64,000 nucleotides of DNA from an uncultured virus (IMG/VR IMGVR_UViG_3300042545_002012). Its lineage: Duplodnaviria; Heunggongvirae; Uroviricota; Caudoviricetes. The stretch lies in the IMG/VR virus record IMGVR_UViG_3300042545_002012; one strand, written 5' to 3'. A program made the position numbers and the translations under genes. The stretch's first letter is position 1. Every line of letters begins with the position of its first letter. The notes beneath the pieces were generated by a model. It searched no databases and was not told where the DNA came from. It saw only the letters and a list, made by a program, of their open reading frames with translations. Of this stretch, positions 19,259-27,259 are shown piece by piece.

Positions 19259-19411
19259 ATGACCACTACTCAGCTAGAAAAAGCAATCGCCCGTTGTGAA
19301 AGAGAAATCGCAGACATGGACAACACTTTTGAGCAACGCCAAGACTGGAAGCGACACTTTGTAATGCTTACATCTAAAGGTCGTTACTGCACACCTCAAG
19401 AGCTAGCTTAG
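19259..19411 (+). CDS. Small hypothetical protein (50 aa, not in the ORF track)
   Basis: MTTTQLEKAIARCEREIADMD...; AGGA RBS downstream of the promoter. Confidence 0.55.
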   Translation: MTTTQLEKAIARCEREIADMDNTFEQRQDWKRHFVMLTSKGRYCTPQELA

Positions 19412-19451
19412 AGACGACTAAACCCGCAAACAATAAAAGGAGTAAACGACC

Positions 19452-19751
19452 ATGACTGTTATCCAATTCGATCTATTTGGCGAAGACGAAGAAACTACTG
19501 AACTTAATACTATCTTGATCGAAACCGCAGAACAATTAGAGGCTTTGTGGACTAGTGTTTGTGGTAAGTCTGAAGAGCAAATCGCTTATGACAATGCCAA
19601 GAAGGCTTGGGATGATTACTACCCTATCTGGACTAAAGCTCAAAACGACTACTACCAAAAAGACGCGATTTCTAAAGCTGAGTTTTTGGCAGCAAAAGCC
19701 ATTTTTACGGAATTGGACAAAGCGTATAACGATGCTTACAACGCTTTTTAA
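19452..19751 (+). CDS. Hypothetical acidic helical protein
   Basis: Preceded by the conserved AAAGGAGTAAACGACC-ATG leader. Confidence 0.7.
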   Translation: MTVIQFDLFGEDEETTELNTILIETAEQLEALWTSVCGKSEEQIAYDNAKKAWDDYYPIWTKAQNDYYQKDAISKAEFLAAKAIFTELDKAYNDAYNAF

Positions 19752-19797
19752 TATTACACATCAGGGGCTTAACCGCCCCTCATTCAACTAACATTCT

Positions 19798-19888
19798 AAA
19801 AAATAATTTGCTTACCCTATTGACACCTTCCATCTAGTACTGATACTATTTTATTCATACAGACAAAACAAAGGAGTAAACGACCATG
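19798..19888 (+). promoter_or_regulatory. Repeated promoter/leader module, copy 2
   Basis: TTGACA(19820)ccttccatctagtactgaTACTATtttattcatacagacaaaacaaaggagtaaacgaccATG. Confidence 0.85.
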
Positions 19889-20137
19889 AAATTAGCTAAC
19901 GCGATCAAAAAACTAACAACTAACGGGTTTGAAGTTACAACAAGCGCTCACACTCTCCAAGCCAAGAAAGGGAATCAAATTGTAGGTTGTGCAATAAGCA
20001 GAGATGGATCGGCTAATTCTTTTTATACCAAAAACGCTGATCAGCATTCAGACGTGCAGAGAGATTATTTTGTTGAAAGATGGCATAACAATATATCGCA
20101 AGCAATTCAGTTTGTTAATAGATACGACAAAGCCTAA
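19886..20137 (+). CDS. Hypothetical protein
   Basis: Directly after promoter module 2 and its RBS. Confidence 0.7.
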   Translation: MKLANAIKKLTTNGFEVTTSAHTLQAKKGNQIVGCAISRDGSANSFYTKNADQHSDVQRDYFVERWHNNISQAIQFVNRYDKA

Positions 20138-20201
20138 CCACACCCGCGCAAACGAGGGAGTTGCGCCCCTCTCTCAATCAACATTCACAAAGGTAACGAC
20201 G

Positions 20202-20465
20202 ATGACAATGCTAAAAATACACATGATCGAAATCGCGCTAGCCAATCTAGTCGCATCAGAATCAGCCGAGATCGTCGGCATGGGTTGGCAGATTGAGCTA
20301 AGTAGCGGGAACACGCTATTTATTGAGCCAAGTGATGAAGGGTTTGTTTATCAAGTGCTTTATAAAGCTACTGATGAGCATAAAGAGTATTTTGGCGATT
20401 GGTTAACCTTGGAACGTGTTAGCCGATTGACTGAGCTAATTAATGAGGTTGATGAAGATGCCTAA
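20202..20465 (+). CDS. Hypothetical protein
   Basis: aaaggtaacgacg-ATG leader; start placed at MTMLKIH rather than the ORF-track start. Confidence 0.55.
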   Translation: MTMLKIHMIEIALANLVASESAEIVGMGWQIELSSGNTLFIEPSDEGFVYQVLYKATDEHKEYFGDWLTLERVSRLTELINEVDEDA

Positions 20466-20895
20466 CCCAGACTGCCCATACTGTCACAAACCGATGACCT
20501 ACAACGGTACAAAATCATCAGGAGCGAAACAATATCGCTGTAGGCGTGGCTGTCTCACTCCTGAAGGGAAAACAGTAACCATAACTGACAGCGATCGCAA
20601 GCGTGGAGGTCAAACGATAGGCGCAGAGCCCATGAGTCAGGCTGAGTATGATTTACGATACAGGTTGGCTAATCCTGAGAAGTATAGGGAAGTGCATAAA
20701 TACAAGCCAAAAACTAAAGGTGAAATGACTGCCACACAAAAATTACAAGCTAAGCTACAAGCTAAGCTACAAGCTAAGCTACAAGCGCTAATGGTTGAAA
20801 GAGAAACCATAACAGATAAATATTGGATTGATCTATATTGGATTGATCTAGAAATCGAAGATCTTGAAGTCAAGATTGCAAAGCTAGCCAAATAA
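20458..20895 (+). CDS. InsA-like Zn-ribbon small regulator fused in frame to a repeat-containing coiled-coil segment
   Basis: CPYC..PM..NG...SG..QYRC...C; paralog of 34739..34960. Confidence 0.55.
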   Translation: MPNPDCPYCHKPMTYNGTKSSGAKQYRCRRGCLTPEGKTVTITDSDRKRGGQTIGAEPMSQAEYDLRYRLANPEKYREVHKYKPKTKGEMTATQKLQAKLQAKLQAKLQALMVERETITDKYWIDLYWIDLEIEDLEVKIAKLAK

Positions 20896-20994
20896 CACCG
20901 CACACATCAGGGGCTTAACCGCCCCTAGGAGTTGCATAAATACAAGCCAAAAACTAAAGGTGAGTAGTAATTGTAAACAAATATTGCAAATATC

Positions 20995-21060
20995 TTGACA
21001 CCTTCCATCTAGTACTGATACTATTTTCATACAGACAAAACAAAGGAGTAAACGACAATG
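20995..21060 (+). promoter_or_regulatory. Repeated promoter/leader module, copy 3
   Basis: TTGACAccttccatctagtactgaTACTATtttcatacagacaaaacaaaggagtaaacgacaATG. Confidence 0.85.
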
Positions 21061-21348
21061 CAAACACAAATTAACTGCTATTTCGCCCACGCATGGGACT
21101 CAGAAACTCACCCCGATCTAGCTGACAAGAAAGCGGCGATCGCACTGGCGAAGAGTTTATCCCCAAATGTCAAAAGTTTTGAGTACGAAGGTAATCAGGA
21201 AGACGGCTTTACCTTTTACTTCACTGAGATTGTGACTGTGACGGTAGACTTTGAGGATGGCGACTGTATCAGCTATTTTGATGAAGTGCAAAATGCACAG
21301 CCACTTATCGCAGGTGGCGAAATGACAACGGCTCGTAAAGCTAAATAG
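21058..21348 (+). CDS. Hypothetical protein
   Basis: Directly after promoter module 3. Confidence 0.7.
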   Translation: MQTQINCYFAHAWDSETHPDLADKKAAIALAKSLSPNVKSFEYEGNQEDGFTFYFTEIVTVTVDFEDGDCISYFDEVQNAQPLIAGGEMTTARKAK

Positions 21349-21371
21349 ACAAAACAAAGGAAAGTAACACG

Positions 21372-21722
21372 ATGGAAACTCAATCACTTAAACACATTGA
21401 ATATTTTGAGTCTCGATACAAACGCCACTATGACAAATATATGCAAGCTATGACAGATTTTTCTGTTGGATGCCTGCAAGATGAACAGATTCTTAAAGCG
21501 ATGGCTTTCTGTGAATGTCAAAGGCTTGGCAGGTATCTTAGAGAAGATGTTTTGACCAGCCCTAATTGTAATGACGAGCTTAAAAAAGCTAGAGCTTCCG
21601 TAGTTTCTAGGATTCACGATTTTGGGATCTCAGATAGATTGCCAGATATAAATGATCGAGTTAACAGGATCGTCACTAGAGACTGCCTTGATTTACTAAA
21701 CGATTTACTCACTAACGAATAG
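21372..21722 (+). CDS. Hypothetical protein
   Basis: Variant leader agacaaaacaaaggaaagtaacacg-ATG; terminator at 21744-21777. Confidence 0.65.
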   Translation: METQSLKHIEYFESRYKRHYDKYMQAMTDFSVGCLQDEQILKAMAFCECQRLGRYLREDVLTSPNCNDELKKARASVVSRIHDFGISDRLPDINDRVNRIVTRDCLDLLNDLLTNE

Positions 21723-21786
21723 CATCTTCAGAAACCAAAGCTAAAAAGCGCTTACAATACACCGTAAGCGCTTTTTTGTTGCCGTC

Positions 21787-22203
21787 ATGCTTAAATTCAC
21801 CCTGCCCAACACACCGATCGCCGCTAAGCTCTTATCCAAGCTCACAAACATAGAGCCTGTGATAAAGACTGTCAGCGCCGATCATGTAGTCGCTCTGCAA
21901 GATAATATTATTCGTGAGGGGGGCGATCCTGATACGGGTGCGGCGTGGAAAACGCTATCAGCTAAGTACATCGCACATAAGCGCTTAATTGGCGCGTTCC
22001 TTACGATTTTGCGGCGTACTGATGCGATGCGTAAAGGGATAACGGTAATATCAAGCGATGGCAGAAGTTATCGGATCAGCGTCACTGGTGATGCTAAACG
22101 TTATTTTGCATATGCCAATGAGGCGCGGCGGTTTTTGGGGATGTCGCCAGAGACTAAAGAACGCGCTAAGATGGCATTGAGTAAGCATATAAAGGGTAAG
22201 TAA
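21787..22203 (+). CDS. Phage virion morphogenesis (tail completion/neck) protein
   Basis: DPDTG.AW..LS..Y...K....IL..T..M...I...YA....RRFLGMS. Confidence 0.7.
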   Translation: MLKFTLPNTPIAAKLLSKLTNIEPVIKTVSADHVVALQDNIIREGGDPDTGAAWKTLSAKYIAHKRLIGAFLTILRRTDAMRKGITVISSDGRSYRISVTGDAKRYFAYANEARRFLGMSPETKERAKMALSKHIKGK

Positions 22204-22386
22204 GCATGACTTCTAGCGAAATGGAAGACTCTATCGATAGCCTGAATGTGTCTGTTGCATCAATCGCTTATTATCTATATAGGTTGGCTGGATGCCCTTA
22301 CGGTGACAGCATCAGTGGTTGGACTGCATGGCTGGACGTTCAAAAAGAAGTGTTTGAAAAGCTCGTAGAGCCTATAGGTGAAGACG

Positions 22387-22797
22387 ATGCAACTCCCTAA
22401 CCTCATCCCCCCATTTGCGCCCAAGAACCCCGATGGCAGTTACAAGCTTAACTGCACGTTTTGGGTACGGAATAGCATAGATACAGGCACGGTTAACGCA
22501 CTTGGCAATCCTGTGATTGATAGCGATACGAGAGCGGTACAAGGCTGGGCTGTACGTGAAAGTAATCCGCAATTACTTGAGACGATCGGCGCTAGTGTGG
22601 AGGAAACACCGATCAAAATATGGATTCAAGATCCAAAATGCTTGCCTGCTAATTTTGCGTCATTTAATAATGTGCGATGTGAGTTAGATTTAGGAGGTAA
22701 ACGCGTAGGCATATTCCGACCTGTACCAATGGCACATCCGTTTGTGCCTAGTAATTTTCAGTTTGTTATTGGAGCTTTTAAAGGAGTAAATGCATGA
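22387..22797 (+). CDS. Putative head-closure / head-tail joining protein
   Basis: GTVNALGNPV motif, beta-rich; adjacent to the morphogenesis gene. Confidence 0.45.
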   Translation: MQLPNLIPPFAPKNPDGSYKLNCTFWVRNSIDTGTVNALGNPVIDSDTRAVQGWAVRESNPQLLETIGASVEETPIKIWIQDPKCLPANFASFNNVRCELDLGGKRVGIFRPVPMAHPFVPSNFQFVIGAFKGVNA

Positions 22798-23020
22798 AAA
22801 GGAAACTAAGACGAATAAGGCATACTCGTCCTGAATGGGTTACGGCTTTAAATTTTGCAAGAGTCTATCCATCAGCGCAAATAAATGAAGTTCTAACTCA
22901 ATCAATAAATGGAGTTAGATTCGTGCAGATACATATTAAAAATTGGGTGAATACTTGGTACTGGGCTAAAGGAAACGCAGAAATCAGGACAACTGGAATT
23001 AAACCAAATAAAACAAAACC

Positions 23021-23299
23021 ATGAAAAAATACCTACTCCCCATCCTACTTTTCGCAATCCCATCCCCCGCGATTGCCATTGAACCTCTCAACTATCCAGC
23101 CAACTTCATCGAATGGCGCGGCGTTGTCTACAACCTCGATCACTTAGCTGGTAAAGGCGTGCAACAAATTATCACAGTGCAGCAAAAGCCTGTTGAGAAA
23201 CCAGCGGAATCGCGTGAGGTGAGAGACAATAAGCAGCGGGTTAATTTTGAGAATGCTCGGAAATTGATTAGATTAGAATATTTACGAAATATGCGATAA
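23021..23299 (+). CDS. Small secreted protein
   Basis: Signal peptide MKKYLLPILLFAIPSPAIA. Confidence 0.6.
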   Translation: MKKYLLPILLFAIPSPAIAIEPLNYPANFIEWRGVVYNLDHLAGKGVQQIITVQQKPVEKPAESREVRDNKQRVNFENARKLIRLEYLRNMR

Positions 23300-23393
23300 T
23301 CACAGTGTAAATCGCTTGACCGCGTGTTTACTCCTTTACTATGTCTTGAATGCGATCGCTGTCCTGAGTTAATTGGATGGCGATCATTTTTTA

Positions 23394-23663
23394 TTAATCA
23401 GTTATATATTCTTGTAGAATTTTACCTTTTTCAATACTGCTATCAGCGATTCCCAAATACTTAACAGTAAGTAAATGTTTAGCTCCTTCTGGAATCCAAT
23501 TCCCGCGATCTAACCTTTCATCATTTCCGTATTGATAGCTAGGCTCAAACGATAGATCCTTAGCTTCATCCTCGCTATCAGCGCAAATCACAAAGCCAAG
23601 ATAACGAGCATAGGACTCTGACTCATGCGATTCAATTGGTTTTACTAGGTATAAATTTGGCAT
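23394..23663 (-). CDS. Hypothetical phage protein
   Basis: LYLV...Y..Y.GFVICADSEDEAK...W...V.YLG.A pattern. Confidence 0.6.
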   Translation of the reverse strand: MPNLYLVKPIESHESESYARYLGFVICADSEDEAKDLSFEPSYQYGNDERLDRGNWIPEGAKHLLTVKYLGIADSSIEKGKILQEYITD

Positions 23664-23882
23664 TTAGCTTCTCCTTAAATAATCTCGATTACTGCCATAA
23701 TTCGGGCGTGGCTCTTGCTGTGATTTATTTTTAGTTGCAAGATAACCTTCTCTGATAAAAAAATAGATTATCTCAGTGCGATATCCCTTGCCCTTCTCGC
23801 AATCTGGCATAAGTTTATTAAGCTCTGCAAGAAAAGCAGATGTGATGACGATTTTTATTTCTATTGATTTACCTTCTTCCAT
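23664..23882 (-). CDS. Small RHH-like protein
   Basis: Beta strand followed by two helices (RTEIIYFFIREG). Confidence 0.4.
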   Translation of the reverse strand: MEEGKSIEIKIVITSAFLAELNKLMPDCEKGKGYRTEIIYFFIREGYLATKNKSQQEPRPNYGSNRDYLRRS

Positions 23883-23884
23883 GC

Positions 23885-25174
23885 TTACTTACCAACGAGA
23901 CGGGCGATCCAATCAACTATGACGATCTGCTCATATGATGAAGGCTCTCGACTAATCTTTTTGTATTTCTGCCTTAGCTCCATGATTGCAAAGCAGATAT
24001 CAGGTTGCTTGGCATCACTAGGCAAGTCCAAAAACGAGGCAATACCAGATATACAGCGATTTAGTCTCTCAATTTCGCGATCCTTGTCTCCTGTAAGTTG
24101 TTCAATCTTGGCGATCGCTTCATTCCTGTCATAGGAACAGCCCAAATATGACGCTACTGTAGCGCGAAAGCTAATGGCATGTTCTATATTTTCAAGTTTG
24201 TATTTATCATTAAAAGGATCGTAAGGTGCAGAATCAAATCTGTTTTGATTGGCTTGCAAGCGCTTAATCTCAGCGATCGCCTCTTCATTGCTAATATCTT
24301 TACCAACTGAATCAATTAAAAGCTGTTTAACCTCAAGCGCAAATTGAGTAAACTCATGATCGCGCCCCCAGTGTTTGTGACGATCTATTAAATGCTCTAC
24401 AAAGCTGATAGCGTCATCGTCAGGGAACTCATCAATAGACGGATATTTGTCTTTCCTGACTCCTTCATATAGCGCTTGTTTGATCTGACTGCGAAACTCG
24501 TAAGATAAATTAGAAAGTACGCCAATATTCCCTAAAGCTATTTCCGCTTTAATTTCGGCTAACTCTTTGATTTTGGCGATCATCTCATTGTCGTTATTTA
24601 CACCTAACATTTCAGCGAGTGCAAAATAGAATTCTCGCAACGAATCAAAAGATTCTCTTTCTGCCTTGTCTATCCTCCTCTGGATTTCTTCTTGATCATA
24701 GGCTTGCTTTTGGGCTTGTAAATCTACTGAGTTTAGCAAATCATTAATAATGCGACTGCCATAAATCTCATACTCACTACGCTTTTTAAAAAGGGCTGCG
24801 TGAATGTCGCATAATCCGCGGAATCCAGTAACAACGATCTTTTCTTCTTGCTTGAATCTGCGATGGTCAAAGCATTCTGCATTAGCCATTCTTAGAATGT
24901 CGCCAATCTCGCTTAGTAGTTGTGATTGCTCTGATAATTCTTTGATTTTAGCGATCGCTTCATCATCAGATAGCTTGCCCTGACTTAATGCTTCTTTGAT
25001 TGCCATAACAAATCTATTGGATTGATTTTGATCCCATCTCCTAGCTTTGATTGCTGCAATAGTTTCGTCATCACTCAAACCTTCGCCAAATAAAAACTTG
25101 ACCTGATCGCGAAACTCATTAGCAGTCATGGGCGCGTCTTTTAATTGATAAAACTTGCTTAAACTTTCGCTCAT
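23885..25174 (-). CDS. Hypothetical helical protein with internal repeats
   Basis: Recurrent S(D/N)DEAIAKIKEL-like motif, about 6 copies. Confidence 0.65.
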   Translation of the reverse strand: MSESLSKFYQLKDAPMTANEFRDQVKFLFGEGLSDDETIAAIKARRWDQNQSNRFVMAIKEALSQGKLSDDEAIAKIKELSEQSQLLSEIGDILRMANAECFDHRRFKQEEKIVVTGFRGLCDIHAALFKKRSEYEIYGSRIINDLLNSVDLQAQKQAYDQEEIQRRIDKAERESFDSLREFYFALAEMLGVNNDNEMIAKIKELAEIKAEIALGNIGVLSNLSYEFRSQIKQALYEGVRKDKYPSIDEFPDDDAISFVEHLIDRHKHWGRDHEFTQFALEVKQLLIDSVGKDISNEEAIAEIKRLQANQNRFDSAPYDPFNDKYKLENIEHAISFRATVASYLGCSYDRNEAIAKIEQLTGDKDREIERLNRCISGIASFLDLPSDAKQPDICFAIMELRQKYKKISREPSSYEQIVIVDWIARLVGK

Positions 25175-25182
25175 AAAATCTC

Positions 25183-25212
25183 AGTCCGTAGTTAGTCCGT
25201 AGTTAGTCCGTA
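25183..25212. repeat. 11-bp tandem repeat AGTCCGTAGTT, about 2.7 copies
   Basis: agtccgtagtt agtccgtagtt agtccgta between divergent genes. Confidence 0.8.
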
Positions 25213-25274
25213 CTCAATATTATAGCTATACCTTTGATGCAATCCTAGAGGGTAAAGTATCTAGGATTAAAATC

Positions 25275-26054
25275 ATGGGTGAGAAGCTCACGACATTTGA
25301 GACGGGTAATGGCGCTAAAGTTGAGATCGTGCCTTTAGGTAAAGGCGACACCAATTACCCTAAGCGCATTGCGATTACCGTTACCACGGCTGCTACTAAA
25401 AACGCTGTCACTGTTGCGGTATCTTATAGCGTTGCAACGGCTGGGCAAACCATTAAGATCCCCGCTGGAACTTGTCTGCCATTTACCGATCCAGTAACTG
25501 GAAACGTAGTTAGCGCAACGGTTACAACTGATGTCAGCACGGCGTTAAGTACTGGGTCGGGGCCGTACACTGCGACTGGCTCAATTGCACTCGATGCGAA
25601 CCATCTAGCGATCCCAAATAACAGCACCAGCTCTAATTTTATTCCTCTTGGAGCGCGTTCAACAGCTACAGGTACAGTAACCCTCGCTGATGAACAGTTG
25701 CGAACCTTTGACTCGACCCTATTTGATCAAGGTCAAATCGTTAGCGGCGCGGGTGAATTTAGCTGTGATGGTGCGTTTAGTTCTATCGATGCTGGGCTAA
25801 CTACCGTAGCCAACTTGACGATCGGCGCAACTGCGATCGATGGGACAACTGTGATTTCAACTCCAGGGAATTATATGTGGGTAGTTATCACTACTCCGCC
25901 TCCAGCGGCTGGTTATACATCGGGATTGGTTCGCCGTGCTATCTGCTATTGCACAGACCAGACTATTGACGTACAGGCTGGAGCGATTAGCAAGCAAAAC
26001 TTACCTTTCAAAGCTAACGGAAGTGTATTCACAGATCCCGCAGTCGTAACTTAA
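25275..26054 (+). CDS. Major tail tube protein
   Basis: Thr-rich; C-terminal ...FKANGSV motif; precedes the chaperones and tape measure. Confidence 0.7.
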   Translation: MGEKLTTFETGNGAKVEIVPLGKGDTNYPKRIAITVTTAATKNAVTVAVSYSVATAGQTIKIPAGTCLPFTDPVTGNVVSATVTTDVSTALSTGSGPYTATGSIALDANHLAIPNNSTSSNFIPLGARSTATGTVTLADEQLRTFDSTLFDQGQIVSGAGEFSCDGAFSSIDAGLTTVANLTIGATAIDGTTVISTPGNYMWVVITTPPPAAGYTSGLVRRAICYCTDQTIDVQAGAISKQNLPFKANGSVFTDPAVVT

Positions 26055-26266
26055 TGCACGAATATCTAATCTCTCCTAAAGCATACGCAATAAGCTGCAA
26101 GCTAGACGGCAAGCAGCTTATTGCCGAAATGCTTTATCTAAGGGAAGAGTTTACGCAAGAAACAAAAGTGGATTTATACAGTGGCGATCGCGTTTTGGTT
26201 GCCACTGTATTAATCCCAAAGACTGACATTAATACACATCAAAATATCACTTTGCAAATATGCTAA
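26054..26266 (+). CDS. Small tail-region protein
   Basis: Coupled (TAATG) to the tail tube gene. Confidence 0.55.
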   Translation: MHEYLISPKAYAISCKLDGKQLIAEMLYLREEFTQETKVDLYSGDRVLVATVLIPKTDINTHQNITLQIC

Positions 26267-26721
26267 TTTTTGAGATTGAGCAAAAGCCTCCCTTTAAATC
26301 TAAAACCGTTTTTGGTGTTGAAATTCCTTTACTAGGGGAATTAACCGTAGATGAAGCGATTGCAGTCGATAAAGCGATCGCTATTGATTTAAGCTCGACT
26401 AGTGCCAATACTGAGTGGAAAATCGTACAGGTATCGGCATGGTTGGCAGTGCGATTATCTGTAAGCCGTGAAGAAATTACAGCACAACTCAAAAAGTCAA
26501 TACTTTTGATCGAGGCTTTGTGGCTAACTTTTGTATCTGAACGCGAGGGAATTACCGAAAACTATGAACTTGATGAACCCGTGACTGAGGGAAAGGACGG
26601 AAGTCCAACCGTACCGTTAAAGACATCGAAGAAGAGTGGAATCAAATCTACCTCAAACTCACAGGATCAAGATTCCGAGACAAATTTAGTGGAGATTTCG
26701 GGTCTACTCGAATCAGCGTAA
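26260..26721 (+). CDS. Tail assembly chaperone (lambda gpG-like)
   Basis: Between the tail tube and tape measure; contains slippery GGGAAAG. Confidence 0.75.
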   Translation: MLIFEIEQKPPFKSKTVFGVEIPLLGELTVDEAIAVDKAIAIDLSSTSANTEWKIVQVSAWLAVRLSVSREEITAQLKKSILLIEALWLTFVSEREGITENYELDEPVTEGKDGSPTVPLKTSKKSGIKSTSNSQDQDSETNLVEISGLLESA

Positions 26722-27005
26722 TTAGGCAATATCTTGCTTATATTAACGAGCAAGAGTTACAGCGATCGGCAGAACTAGAGGTGATTGCGGCGCGGAATAC
26801 CCTAGCTACTGGTGATTTTAAAGACCGTGAGAAAGCCTTTAGATCGCTTACCCCTTCACTGCAAGCATTGCGTAGAATGCAAGCTAAGAAGCGGATGTCT
26901 GTAACCTTTGCCAAGAAGTTTGCTATGCTGTTTAAGAAAGGCAAGATCCCGAATTGGGTTGTAGAAATTTGTGATTACGAGACGATTGAATTATTAGCTG
27001 AGTAA
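26589..27005 (+). CDS. Tail assembly chaperone -1 frameshift extension (gpT-like)
   Basis: G GGA AAG at 26589-26595; the -1 frame is open to 27005 and includes ORF 26781..27005. Confidence 0.8.
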   Translation, partial: GKGRKSNRTVKDIEEEWNQIYLKLTGSRFRDKFSGDFGSTRISVIRQYLAYINEQELQRSAELEVIAARNTLATGDFKDREKAFRSLTPSLQALRRMQAKKRMSVTFAKKFAMLFKKGKIPNWVVEICDYETIELLAE

Positions 27006-27009
27006 AACC

Positions 27010-27213
27010 ATGAAAAAAGACTTACCTATCCTTCGCTATTTTGTTTATGCTCACTTACCATCACATTTACAAGAAGTATCCAAACCATTTAGTGACTTAG
27101 CTCATAGTATTCATGAACGCTATCTAACTAATGAGGTGGATATAGCTGAAACAGTTGCAGGGCTTCGCAAGCTTCTTGAATCTAAAGATGCGATTGTTCG
27201 ATCTCTTTTGTAA
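27010..27213 (+). CDS. Conserved small phage protein inserted in the tail operon
   Basis: ILRYF.Y.HLP.HLQEVSKPF..LA...E...GLRKLLE.KD..VR. Confidence 0.7.
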   Translation: MKKDLPILRYFVYAHLPSHLQEVSKPFSDLAHSIHERYLTNEVDIAETVAGLRKLLESKDAIVRSLL

Positions 27214-27259
27214 ATTACTGATTTTGAGACGATAGAACTTTTAACGACGGGTGATTGAT

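Noticed and set aside
20458..20725. IS1-family insertion sequence (also 34739..34960)
   Set aside because: Only a Zn-ribbon-like segment is present; no DDE transposase or terminal inverted repeats found
19162..21060. Repeated modules as a CRISPR array or integron attC sites
   Set aside because: The repeats are promoter/RBS sequences separated by whole genes; no attC-like structure or integron integrase is seen
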